Positions 43,301 to 52,231 are shown, numbered from the stretch's first letter. The stretch is 64,000 nt of DNA from Bacteroidales bacterium (GCA_965230435.1 CBDDLB010000006.1:1928270-1992269); one strand, 5' to 3'. The notes: generated from the sequence alone by a model not told the origin. Numbers and translations are program-made.

Positions 43301-44069
43301 TGTATTTTGCTGTAGCAGGCTTCACAACAGACATTACAACAGAGCATTCTGTACATTGATCTTCGCTGATTGGTTCTGTATAAGTCAATTGCTCTTTGAA
43401 GTAAACCTGCTTAAGATCAGCTTCCCATATTTTCTTTCCCCTTCTTTCTGTTTCGCTGTTTTTCCCCTCTACTTTTGACTTATTTATGTTTTCTCCGTTA
43501 TTGACTTTGTTGTTTTGTTTATCTTCATAAGTCATGTCCAGAACAGAGATAGACAAATCCTCGCGGTTAATAACCAACTGTATGCAAACCGTACCATCTT
43601 CCGTAGTCGATTTACAAACGTATGTAGTTTCGTCGTCAAGTACTTCTGACAGATCAAACTTAGTATGAGGTTCGAAATCGAGCAGGCCAGGAAATTTATC
43701 GTGGTAATAATCAATCTTTTGCCTAGCTTTAGTGTAAGTCTGCTGAGTAACATCGTTGTCCTTAGATACATCATTTTCCTGATCCGTGAGGCTTGCACTG
43801 TCTTCTGTATAATAATCAGCATTCTGAGAAGGGTTGAATCGAACACGGAATATATCGGCAGTTATGAAGTCGACAGACATAAACCGCTGAATGTTATTGC
43901 TGTCCATTAAACTTATCAATACCTGATCTGCGGTTTTGTCCTTTTTAGGGTTAGCAATATTTTTCAGTGCGCAACTTTCTATTTTCTGGATGCCGGTCCA
44001 TTCAGATTTGTTGTTGATAAATTCTCCATAGAACTCATCTACTCTTTTGAATTGGAATTTGTCAGACAT
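40380..44069 (-). CDS. glycoside hydrolase family 31 protein, very large, no signal peptide
   Basis: 1229 aa. GH31 motifs are the nucleophile region MVWQDMTTPA, GGLWTGDNASTWDFL and the acid/base region ITGSDTGGF. The N-terminus MSDKFQFKRVDEFYG has no signal sequence. Confidence 0.8.
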   Translation of the reverse strand: MSDKFQFKRVDEFYGEFINNKSEWTGIQKIESCALKNIANPKKDKTADQVLISLMDSNNIQRFMSVDFITADIFRVRFNPSQNADYYTEDSASLTDQENDVSKDNDVTQQTYTKARQKIDYYHDKFPGLLDFEPHTKFDLSEVLDDETTYVCKSTTEDGTVCIQLVINREDLSISVLDMTYEDKQNNKVNNGENINKSKVEGKNSETERRGKKIWEADLKQVYFKEQLTYTEPISEDQCTECSVVMSVVKPATAKYIGFGEKGGFNLCKNSKQLSYFNFDNMRYESMHGQGPLDPREPLYHSNPFFIEYDGESAEICSSYGIFVNNPSQTLLDMGFTDSHRYMFTTMYGDMDFCIFTGASSKEILSKSTTLAGKARLKPRYVLGYHQGGYGYESTQALENVVNGYGGNDIPFDGLHVDVDIQTNYCTFTMRARDEHGNLKFAPDTFKRLKDFSISSGGMSGTEGLKYKIKCSTNITPVISNPYVMGTFQNDDPYRTFKSGMDNNYFVRYEKAFPDPNWDKQEGNYNGVYLGGVYYGGDRGTFGHYTDFGKRDARMWWGQQYKELYLAGLSMVWQDMTTPAISINQNIHDLESNGESWFNFSMGGVTKYGLSCNYKSFPFNLFLTDNFDTRYSKGEIADRKSPAGKIRNLYSYNLHKATYHGLNNLWKIHLLSFTWVIKDDKALTKTESNDILQALLKQNGILKEEISTYAYDCYRVISKNIETDVRKALVDFNFNNEVIAQICQVLLDSKELEKRKDERNFIIGRGGFSGMHRFGGLWTGDNASTWDFLKINVAQILALGLSGQPITGSDTGGFERPKNSDARWADPELIIRWTTLGAFLPWFRNHYIQKDQKEFQELYRFQDVAEGKEDRFMYESVLPVCRIYIKLRYQLMQMFYDAMFENTITGMPIVRPLFLQDDEDPQLFSDKIEFLNNQFFVGKFMMIAPIMDKQTDLGNGNYTAQRDIYFPYGFNWYQFQHNRRSLTSSAKGGYTINYDAAIDSRCTDPNSIHSRYVLPLFVREGAVIPSTEAERYVGAYYDDHNESMPVTLNCYPSPNCKKAEHRMYLDDGQSRSSAPTIDVEMGGDPEAKDEYRRIDIKQEFGENWNRTIDIERMAEERSLPNYNLCPYYYVAILHDPNEPIINDQQKKDDLCTIKVNGNTIPFYATTNNGTDIEANFNTSTKNVWYFNPTLNISFIKVFEERILTLEFMYNGVIQRERPVGQEDHQPVLP

Positions 44070-44553
44070 TTGTTTTGTTTTTAAATTGTGATTAGGGTGA
44101 TAGTTAAGGTCATCGACCTATTGTATTAATTCACTTTATTCATCCAATCAGCTCAAATACTAAGCATGTGTTTCTATTCAATTTCGCAACTCACTTCCAA
44201 AAACGGGTGGGTTACGATAATCTATAATGCACATCAATTTAGGATACCCACTTACTTACAAGCTCATCCATCCTAAGAGTTAGACCTGGACACGACGATC
44301 CACTGCGGCCTATTCTCAAGACAAGCTTATCATGTAGAAATACTTCAAATTGCCTGTTAACAGGGCGTAACCGATAAAAAGAAAAATGTGAACAAAGAGA
44401 ATGCAGCCATTTGGGCTGAAAAGAGAAAAAGTAGGCGCCGCAAAATAAATACAGTCTTCCCGTTGATTAACGGTTTGGATCTATTATTTATCCAGATTTA
44501 CTTTATCTTATGGCCAGCAGCTTAACAGCTTTATAAAACTAATTAATACAGCC

Positions 44554-44652
44554 GTAGAAATAACTTCAGTTTTCGTTGTACTGCGGTCGTCCAAATCCTC
44601 ACATACCGCAGTAAACTCTGGTATTGAACACCTTAATCGAAATTATTTTTAC
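44554..44652. repeat. family-A repeat, copy 3 (inverted relative to copies 1-2)
   Basis: The reverse complement reads CAATACCAGAGTTTACTGCGGTATGTGAGGATTTGGACGACCGCAGTACAACGAAAACTGAAGTTATTTCTAC. Confidence 0.75.
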
Positions 44653-45203
44653 ATGTTACTTAATTATCGCTGACCATTTATAGATTTTAAATCAGAATGA
44701 TTTCTCTAAAAGCGTTTTAAATAATAGAAAAGAAAATGTAGTTGATGGCCCATCTTAAATAGCGTCTTGCAAATACACCATGAATCATAAGAATAATCTA
44801 TTCACTAAACTCAACTAATAAAAGTGGAAAAAACGTATAAGAAAAAGAGCAGGGATACTTTACCAGCCTCAAAAAATACCATAAGGTTCTCTTCTGAACC
44901 TAACATTTCCTACAGAAACTTAGTATGCTGGTATGATTTTATTTTGCGTTGCTAATTTACAAATAAAAAATCTGAAGGCATATCATTGTCCTACTTTTTT
45001 TACCTACAGATATCAACTTCTTTCAAACTAGATAAAAATATAACGAAACAAGCTTCTGAGACAAATTTTGTCGCCAATTCCATTCCCAACTTAAAAACTA
45101 TAAAAACAGTTCATTCACGTATGAAATGGAACAAAGGAAAATGTAAATAATCAAGGACAAATTCTGTAGCATATCTCCAACAGTCAACAGAGGGTGAAAC
45201 ATT

Positions 45204-46832
45204 TTACTTCTGTACTGCATAAAGAAAATACTCGTCCTTCTGGTAGCGCTTCTCTACGAGAAAAGTAGCAAAATCGCTTCCTGCCTGTTCGTAGAAATTA
45301 TAAACATAATGAACTCCCAATGTCCTAAGCTCCTCAACTTCGTCTGGGTACTGAGCTGTTGAAGCTATTATAAAATCGCGACCTGCGGATGCAAGCTCCT
45401 GTGCAGCATTCATATTGGAGGTGTGATTGCTCATTGCCAACAGCACGATCTTTCCGTTAGGGCAACTAATGTTCTTCCAGAAGTCTATATCTGTAGCATC
45501 TGCCCAAATTGCATTTTTACCCTCACCGTTTGCCTGCTGTATCTTGTCATCATCGTAATCCAATCCTACTACATGGCCTTGGCCGTATTCTTCTTCCATG
45601 GTTTGGTATGCCGCAGTTCCTATGCGCCCCAATCCGAAAATAATGACTTCTGCATCGCCAAGGTCAATAGGAGCATCATCTAAATGATCTGCCGGCCTTT
45701 CAAAACGAGAGAAAAATGCCTCGAAATAGTCGAAAATATTGTGTACAAAACGTTCGATGGGAGCTGTTAACAAAAAAGATACAGACAGGGACAAAGCTAA
45801 AACCACAATCCAATCAGCTGTTAGTACTCCCATTTTCTGACCAATAGCAGCTACTATCAGTCCGAATTCGCTATATGTAGATAGGCTTACACCTACTAGG
45901 AATGCAGAGCGTCCGCGTATTCTGAAGCGTGTTAAAATAAAGAAGAACAACAACGATTTCAGGAACAAAACCATCCCCAAAAACACAGCTATTCCAAACT
46001 GTCCCCAAGTAGGCAGGCTGAGCATTCCTATTTGGAAAAAGAACCCAATAAGGAACATATCTTTATACCCCATTAGTGTTTTGGCAAGTTCTTCCGAACG
46101 CTGATGCCCACCCAGCATCACCCCCATAATCAAAGCACCTAAATCGGCTTTTAGCCCTACCAAATCGAAACTGCTCGCTCCTAGAACCAGTGCTGCAAAA
46201 AAACCCATCAGGGTGAAAAGCTCACCATGATCCAGTCGGTTCATCAGGTAGAAAACAACCCGCCGCATCAGCCATAGAAAAAATGGGATAGTCAGTGCCC
46301 ACAAAGTTGGTAGTTTTCCTTTTGATACTGTGAGAAAAATAACAGCAAACACATCCTGTACAATCAGTACCCCAATTGCCAACTTACCATGAAAAGATGT
46401 CATCTCGCCCTGATCTTCAAGACTTTTAACAGCAAACACAGTACTCGAAAAGCTTAGGGCAAAACCTACCAAAAGTGCTGTTTCAATAGATACCTCCGCA
46501 AAATAAATAAGCCCCAAATAAGAGGTTAACAGCACAAGCATTCCAAACCCTAAAACACTTACCAAAGTGTGTAAAGTAGCTGTTAACCAGACTTCTTTCC
46601 TGATAATGTTCTTTAGGTTCAGTTTCAGTCCGATAGTAAATAATAGAAGCATAACTCCCAGTTCTGCCATTGCCTCTAGCGCAATGGAACCTTCACGAAA
46701 ACCAGCGGCATTCAAGAAAAAGCCAGCGGCTAAAAAACCCAATAGCGGAGGTAATTTTATACTCTGTGCCAAATAACCAAGCAGAAAAGCTACACTTATC
46801 CAAACTACATCTATATATATTAAGGCTGTCAT
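45204..46832 (-). CDS. cation:proton antiporter with C-terminal RCK/TrkA-N domain (Kef-type)
   Basis: About 11 TM helices of the Na_H_Exchanger type, then a Rossmann GxGxxG (IIFGLGRIGTAAY). Confidence 0.8.
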   Translation of the reverse strand: MTALIYIDVVWISVAFLLGYLAQSIKLPPLLGFLAAGFFLNAAGFREGSIALEAMAELGVMLLLFTIGLKLNLKNIIRKEVWLTATLHTLVSVLGFGMLVLLTSYLGLIYFAEVSIETALLVGFALSFSSTVFAVKSLEDQGEMTSFHGKLAIGVLIVQDVFAVIFLTVSKGKLPTLWALTIPFFLWLMRRVVFYLMNRLDHGELFTLMGFFAALVLGASSFDLVGLKADLGALIMGVMLGGHQRSEELAKTLMGYKDMFLIGFFFQIGMLSLPTWGQFGIAVFLGMVLFLKSLLFFFILTRFRIRGRSAFLVGVSLSTYSEFGLIVAAIGQKMGVLTADWIVVLALSLSVSFLLTAPIERFVHNIFDYFEAFFSRFERPADHLDDAPIDLGDAEVIIFGLGRIGTAAYQTMEEEYGQGHVVGLDYDDDKIQQANGEGKNAIWADATDIDFWKNISCPNGKIVLLAMSNHTSNMNAAQELASAGRDFIIASTAQYPDEVEELRTLGVHYVYNFYEQAGSDFATFLVEKRYQKDEYFLYAVQK

Positions 46833-46915
46833 GGTGTCGAAAAAAATCTCTTGTTTATAAACTAATTTAAGGTCATTTTGTATTGTTTTACTTCATTCAT
46901 CCAATCAGCAACTTA

Positions 46916-47012
46916 GTAAAGCTGAAAAAATAACTTCGTTTTTTGTTGCACTGCGGCCGTTCAAATCCTCGCGTACTCCAGTGCGCTCTGGTATTGAACG
47001 TGCGGACTGCTT
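46916..47012. repeat. family-A repeat, copy 4 (inverted)
   Basis: The reverse complement reads CGTTCAATACCAGAGCGCACTGGAGTACGCGAGGATTTGAACGGCCGCAGTGCAACAAAAAACGAAGTTATTTTTTCAGCTTTAC. It abuts the histidine-kinase stop at 47021. Confidence 0.8.
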
Positions 47013-47020
47013 ATTATCGG

Positions 47021-48847
47021 TTAATCGAGATGCTTTGAGACAGTGAAAAAGAAACGGCTACCCACCTCCAATTCACTTTCTACCCAAATGTCTCCTTTGT
47101 GGAGATTTACTATTTTCTTGCAGTTTGCCAGCCCAATACCTGCTCCTGAATATTCATCGGCGCTATGGAGTTTTTCAAAAATCTCAAATATGCGCTGTGT
47201 GTGTTCTTCGGAAATGCCAATGCCATTGTCGCTGACCTCGAACAGATAATGGCTGACACGTTCCGTAGCGTATATCTTTATTTGAGGGATAACATCCGAT
47301 TTCCGGAATTTGATAGCATTCGAAATCAAATTCTGTAATAGCTGCCTGAATTCAGTAACATATACCTGTAGTTCGATATTCTGAGAGGGAAGATCAATCT
47401 GAGCTGAATTTTCATCAACAGAGCTTTTCAGGTCGAACAGAACATCTTCCATTAAACCTTTCAAGACAATGGTGTCGAGTTGGGGATTCTTACCAATCAT
47501 TGCATTATGCAAAAGAGAGTTCAGTAAACCGAACATGCGCAGAGCAGAAGTATAGGTGAGTTCGACTGTTCTTTTCAGGTTTGGGTTTTCCAGAATAATA
47601 TTGTCCTGCTTCATCAGCTCCAACATCTGAATGATTGAAGATATTGGAGAACGAAGATCATGAGATGCAATAGAAACGAAATTCTGCATTTCTGCATGCT
47701 TCTTTCTTAACTCAACCTCAATTTCTTTTTGCTCTGTAATATCCACAAAAGCCCCCATAAAACTTAGCACGTTTCCGTCAGAAGTGTACTCAAACCCCGA
47801 ATCGCGTGAGATACACCATTTCCAAGCTCCACTTTTGGCTTTGAACCGATATATAATCTCGCTTGTTTCGCCCGGTCTCAACTGCCCAACCTTTTCCATG
47901 TGTTCCTTAAGCTTTTCTCGATCATCGACATGGAAAAGCGAAAAGAATTCTTTCTGGGACAACTCGTTCATATCCTGGATTGTATACCCTAGAATATCAC
48001 TATACTGAGAGTTTACGTAGATGTTCTTGCCCAGATTGAAGTTATAAATATATATGCCGTTTATTGAGTTTTTGTCCAGCCGATCGATAAAAAGCTGCTT
48101 CTCGATCAACTGTTTCTTCATTCGGATTTCATTGGTAAGATTTCGGGAAACCAGTGTTGCTCCTGTTATTTTTCCTGCTTCTATAATGGGACAGATGATG
48201 GTTGAATAGTTTAATTGACCAACAGGGGATGGATACGAGGTTTCGTAAAGGTGCGATTTGCCCTGCTGTAACGTTGAATTCATGATTTTGCTTACAAGCT
48301 GGCGGGATTTTTCGTCCGGCTGCAAGTCAATCAGCAATGTTCCTATAACCTCATCTTTTGATAAGCCCGGAGCTGTGTGATTGATATACTCAACCACACC
48401 TTCTGTATTTATTTTAAAAACATGATCGCTTGTGTTTTCTACTATGGAAGCATAAGTGGCTCGGCTTTTTTCCAGCTCTGCCCATATAGCAACACGCTCG
48501 CTGATATCAACAACCAGTGCTATTGCCACATTTTTTTCCTGAATTTTAGCATGGCTCAATGAAACTTCGATGGGAAACGTGGTTTGGTTTTTTCTCTGAC
48601 CATGAAGAGTGCGCCCCTTTCCCATTTTTCTTTTTGCTGGAGATGAGAAAAAAACTGACATGTGCTCGAAATGCTTTCCTCTAAAATCGTAAGGTATCAG
48701 GATGTGCAAAGGTCTTCCGATAAGCTCTTCTTTGTGATAACCGAACATTTCCTCAACCGGCTCGTTGATGTACTCAATTATCCCTTTCGAATTTGCAATA
48801 AGAATAGCTTCTGATAATGTGTCCAATAGATAAGTAGAGGTATCCAT
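47021..48847 (-). CDS. multi-PAS sensor histidine kinase (cytoplasmic, orphan)
   Basis: Repeated PAS-like segments, H-box SIASHDLRSPISS, and HATPase motifs DNGIGI and GAGIGLANCKKIV. No response regulator is adjacent. Confidence 0.88.
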   Translation of the reverse strand: MDTSTYLLDTLSEAILIANSKGIIEYINEPVEEMFGYHKEELIGRPLHILIPYDFRGKHFEHMSVFFSSPAKRKMGKGRTLHGQRKNQTTFPIEVSLSHAKIQEKNVAIALVVDISERVAIWAELEKSRATYASIVENTSDHVFKINTEGVVEYINHTAPGLSKDEVIGTLLIDLQPDEKSRQLVSKIMNSTLQQGKSHLYETSYPSPVGQLNYSTIICPIIEAGKITGATLVSRNLTNEIRMKKQLIEKQLFIDRLDKNSINGIYIYNFNLGKNIYVNSQYSDILGYTIQDMNELSQKEFFSLFHVDDREKLKEHMEKVGQLRPGETSEIIYRFKAKSGAWKWCISRDSGFEYTSDGNVLSFMGAFVDITEQKEIEVELRKKHAEMQNFVSIASHDLRSPISSIIQMLELMKQDNIILENPNLKRTVELTYTSALRMFGLLNSLLHNAMIGKNPQLDTIVLKGLMEDVLFDLKSSVDENSAQIDLPSQNIELQVYVTEFRQLLQNLISNAIKFRKSDVIPQIKIYATERVSHYLFEVSDNGIGISEEHTQRIFEIFEKLHSADEYSGAGIGLANCKKIVNLHKGDIWVESELEVGSRFFFTVSKHLD

Positions 48848-49016
48848 TTCCCAATGTTTGATTGCTGGGCTTAATTTACTGAAATAATTATATCCTTGGG
48901 ATGTTTCGCTGAAGTATAAATTTTTAGGAATAAAGTCCGATTTTTAACTAGAATCTGTAAATATCGGATGCGATTTGTTAACCATAGAAACGGCAGTTGC
49001 CCGCAAATGAGATACA

Positions 49017-49170
49017 GCTTTAAAATAGTCGCGATTGTAGCGGAAAGCTCACAGCAACGCAGGCTAGAGAAATACGTTATGGCGGCTTATGGAACAAGGG
49101 TGGAATAGACCGCCGCAGCGATATTGAACAGCCTGTGAGGCTAGGACTTGTAGCAGAAAGCGGGCTGAGA
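49017..49170. repeat. family-B GC-rich structured repeat, copy 1
   Basis: GCGATTGTAGCGGAAAGCTCACAGC...GGAATAGACCGCCGCAGCGATATTGAACAGCCTGTGAGGCTAGGACTTGTAGCAGAAAGCGGGC aligns to the reverse complement of 59553..59712. Confidence 0.75.
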
Positions 49171-49300
49171 GTTGTTTTTTGCAATACAGTTGGACTCTCC
49201 AAAAAAAACAATATCTGATTTCAGTAATGTTGGACTAGTGGATATAAAAAATGGGACAAATTATTTTTCGCCCCACTTCAATAAAAAAGTTTCGGAAATA

Positions 49301-50302
49301 TCATTTTTTTATGAAATAAGCCAAAGTAAACCAATTGCGGCTATCAGTGAACACCTCTTCACTGGTCAGCTGTGCCCATTCTGCCATACGCATGATGCTC
49401 TTGATGTTGTACTTATGTGAATTCTCTGTATGTATCGTTTCTCCTTTTGCTATGTGGATAGGGTCGTCGAGTCCGTTGATGAATATCTTTATGCTGTTGA
49501 GTGCCCTCAGGTGCATTTCTATGCGTTTTTTCTTTGGATTGAAAAAAGCCTGATGCTCGAAATCTGAGGTTGAAAAATTGGATCCCACAAGCCTGTTGAC
49601 AACATTGAGAATGTTTTTGTTGAATTGTGCGGTGATGTTCTCCGCATCGTTGTACGCAGCATTCAAGGTTGCTAGGTTCTTTATCATGTCCATCCCCATT
49701 AGCAGACCATCGCCTTGGTTCATGATACTTCCGAGCGATTGCAGAAAGAATCTGGCTTCGTCCTCTGTAAGATTTCCTATCGTGCTGCCAAAGAAGCAGA
49801 ACAAACGCCTTCCATTGGAAGGAAGTACGTCTAACTGGCGGATGAAATCGGCAACAACTCCATGAATGCTTAATTCTGGGAATTTGACAGTGAGTTTATC
49901 GGCAGCCTGTTCTATTGCAGATTCGCTGATGTCGACAGGGTAATATTTCATTGTGGAACGGCTACGGGCAGGAACCTGCTCCAGAAAAAGGCTGATTTTG
50001 GAGTGATCGCCGCTGCCCAGCTCTATCAGTTGTAATCCGTCCCAACTAATGTTCATTAGCTTGCCTATATTTTTTAATATGGACTTTTCTGTGCGTGTTG
50101 GGTAGTACTCTTTTAATTGGGTTATCTGTTCAAACAGCTCTGAGCCTTTTTCGTCGTAAAAGAATTTTGATGAAATGTATTTTTTTTCGGCAAGTAAGCC
50201 TGTCAATATTTCATCTCGCACATTTTTTATGCCAATATCGGGCAAATAATTTTCTAGCCTTATCTCACCACGGATAAGGGTTTCTGCTGTAATGAAATTC
50301 AT
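49301..50302 (-). CDS. eanA: L-histidine N-alpha-methyltransferase (EgtD/EanA family)
   Basis: Start at ATG 50302 (MNFITAETL...), which avoids overlap with the upstream gene. EgtD-family segments are KYISSKFFYDEKGSELFEQITQLKEYYPTRTE and LIELGSGDHSK. Confidence 0.8.
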   Translation of the reverse strand: MNFITAETLIRGEIRLENYLPDIGIKNVRDEILTGLLAEKKYISSKFFYDEKGSELFEQITQLKEYYPTRTEKSILKNIGKLMNISWDGLQLIELGSGDHSKISLFLEQVPARSRSTMKYYPVDISESAIEQAADKLTVKFPELSIHGVVADFIRQLDVLPSNGRRLFCFFGSTIGNLTEDEARFFLQSLGSIMNQGDGLLMGMDMIKNLATLNAAYNDAENITAQFNKNILNVVNRLVGSNFSTSDFEHQAFFNPKKKRIEMHLRALNSIKIFINGLDDPIHIAKGETIHTENSHKYNIKSIMRMAEWAQLTSEEVFTDSRNWFTLAYFIKK

Positions 50303-50313
50303 AAAAGATTGGA

Positions 50314-50598
50314 TTATTCGTTCACCACTTGTACACCTTTCCAAAAGGCTACGTAATTTTTTATTTTTTCTGCCATTGCTTTGGGTTCTGGGTAATACCA
50401 GGCTCCGTCCTGATTGATTTCCCCATTTACATCGAGGGTGTAATAAGACGCAGTGCCCTTCCATGGACAAACCGTGTGAGTGTCGCTGGGTTTGAAGTAC
50501 TCTTTATGAATACTATCGGCAGGGAAATAGTGATTGTTTTCTACAACAAGTGTGTCGTTGCTTTCTGCAACGACTTGGCCATTCCAAATTGCTTTCAT
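50314..50598 (-). CDS. DUF427-domain protein
   Basis: 94 aa from ATG 50598 (MKAIWNGQVVAESNDTLVVENNHYFP...CPWKGTASYY...AFW), a typical DUF427 pattern. It sits between the eanB-like and eanA-like genes with 11-nt and 108-nt gaps. Confidence 0.75.
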   Translation of the reverse strand: MKAIWNGQVVAESNDTLVVENNHYFPADSIHKEYFKPSDTHTVCPWKGTASYYTLDVNGEINQDGAWYYPEPKAMAEKIKNYVAFWKGVQVVNE

Positions 50599-50706
50599 TG
50601 TGTTTTGGTTTGTTTTTTTGGCAAAAAGAACATTAGCACAGGATAGTTTTCTACTGAACACTATCCTGTGCTTGTTCCTATCCTCTGCTAAAACTATTTT
50701 TGGGAA

Positions 50707-52035
50707 TTAACTGGTGATAAAAAGATCTGCCAGAACAGGACTGTCTGTTGCTTGTGGCTGCCCTGTTTCGTATGGGTTTTCTGGATCGTTGCTCCATTCG
50801 AACCAACCACCGTCAAAAACAGAAACACGTGGCCAGCCCATTAGCCAAGCGTTGTAGAAGGCCTCACTGCCTCGCCATCCTGTACCGCAATAAAATGCTA
50901 GGTGCTTGTCTGGAGTTATATCTGCAATTTTCCAGATGGCTTCTACTTCGTGAAATTCGCGTGTAGTGTGGTCTACGTTACGGTAGTTTTCCATGTGATA
51001 CGCATCAGAACCGCAATTACCGAAAATAGCTCCCGGAATACGACCTTTTTTCTCTATATAGTTGTAGCCGCTTACTTCGCCAAGGTATTCTGGGTAACTA
51101 CGCACACATACAATATCGGCGTCTTTGGCAGCAATCATAGCTTTAGCTTCTGGTACATCAACAGCTAATTCTGGCTGAGCTGGAATTGTAGCTCCAAAAT
51201 CTTGTACGGGAACTTTTTGTACATCATCGGCTGCAGTTTCATAGCCTGCATCTTTCCATGACTGAAAACCTCCATTTAAAATTCTTACATCTTTCACCCC
51301 AGCATACATCATAATAAAAGCATTGCGGATGGCTCCGATATGTCCTGCTGCACTTCCCGGGAATTCGTCGTCATTATCTGGATCCATGTATTTTCCATAA
51401 AGAACTACCGTAGTATCTGCTGTTATGCCATGGGCTTCCAATGCAGCTTTCAGCTCTTGTGGCGAACGACGGTTCCAAGTTTCTGGTGCTTCTAAAGCTA
51501 ATGTATCTATGTCTATTGCTCCCGGGATATGTCCGCTAAGGTATGCTTCACGGTTGCGGTAATGGGCATGACAAATTACAGTTTTTCCGCCCGAATGCGA
51601 AGGTGGTATATTGCCATCAACAATACTCTTTACCCAATCTGGATAAACAAGGCTTTTGTGACGTGCAAGTTGATCCATCGGTAGCTTCTCATCTGCAGCC
51701 CACTCTTCTACGAAATTATTATAAATGAAAATGTGTTCATAGCCTGCTTTTGTGAATAGATAAGCTACTTTTTCACTTTCTTCTGCTGTGTAGCCATAAA
51801 TGACAAGTTTATCTTCTGGTTGAATTTGTTTTGAGCGAACAACTTCAATCCAGTCCATATAGTTTGCCCATTTTGCGGGAAGCGATTTTGCACCTTTAAT
51901 GTGTCCGCCCCGCTGTTCGCCGTTCAATTGCCAACCATTATAAGCGTCTACTGGTCGAACATCAATAAATTTTGCGGTGTTTTCTTCTAAATGCTTTAAT
52001 ACTTCCTGTGTGGAAAGCTCATTGCGGTTTGTCAT
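50707..52035 (-). CDS. eanB: multi-rhodanese sulfurtransferase, EanB-like (ergothioneine C-S bond formation)
   Basis: 442 aa with rhodanese domains. The catalytic loop FYCGTGWRGSE lies near the C-terminus. Long stretches match my recollection of Chlorobium EanB (HAHYRNREAYLSGHIPGA, EFPGSAAGHIGAIR, SYPEYLGEVSGYNYI, GGWFEWSNDPENPYETG). Confidence 0.75.
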   Translation of the reverse strand: MTNRNELSTQEVLKHLEENTAKFIDVRPVDAYNGWQLNGEQRGGHIKGAKSLPAKWANYMDWIEVVRSKQIQPEDKLVIYGYTAEESEKVAYLFTKAGYEHIFIYNNFVEEWAADEKLPMDQLARHKSLVYPDWVKSIVDGNIPPSHSGGKTVICHAHYRNREAYLSGHIPGAIDIDTLALEAPETWNRRSPQELKAALEAHGITADTTVVLYGKYMDPDNDDEFPGSAAGHIGAIRNAFIMMYAGVKDVRILNGGFQSWKDAGYETAADDVQKVPVQDFGATIPAQPELAVDVPEAKAMIAAKDADIVCVRSYPEYLGEVSGYNYIEKKGRIPGAIFGNCGSDAYHMENYRNVDHTTREFHEVEAIWKIADITPDKHLAFYCGTGWRGSEAFYNAWLMGWPRVSVFDGGWFEWSNDPENPYETGQPQATDSPVLADLFITS

Positions 52036-52198
52036 GGTTATTTATTTATGTAGAATGGATTAGATACAGCTAGTAAAATTGCTGCATGATTGGTACTCTT
52101 AGTCGGAAATGTTATAGAATCCTTAGCAAGTTAGGGCTTTTTTTTGGGGTGGCAAGTTTAAGGTTTTGTGAACTTGTGACTTTATTATTCGTTATTAT

Positions 52199-52231
52199 AG
52201 ACCCGACGGTTTTCGAAAACCCGTCGGGTCT
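52199..52231. repeat. REP-like palindromic hairpin (left flank of RAYT-like gene)
   Basis: AGACCCGACGG-ttttcgaaaa-CCCGTCGGGTCT ends 1 nt before the ORF's first ATG. Confidence 0.85.

Noticed and set aside
46940-46975. tRNA-like T-loop string (GTTCAAATCC) inside family-A repeats, suggesting a tRNA or a tRNA-derived SINE.
   Set aside because: The flanking bases do not form a T-stem, and no acceptor, D or anticodon arms can be drawn. The string is part of the repeat's long hairpin.
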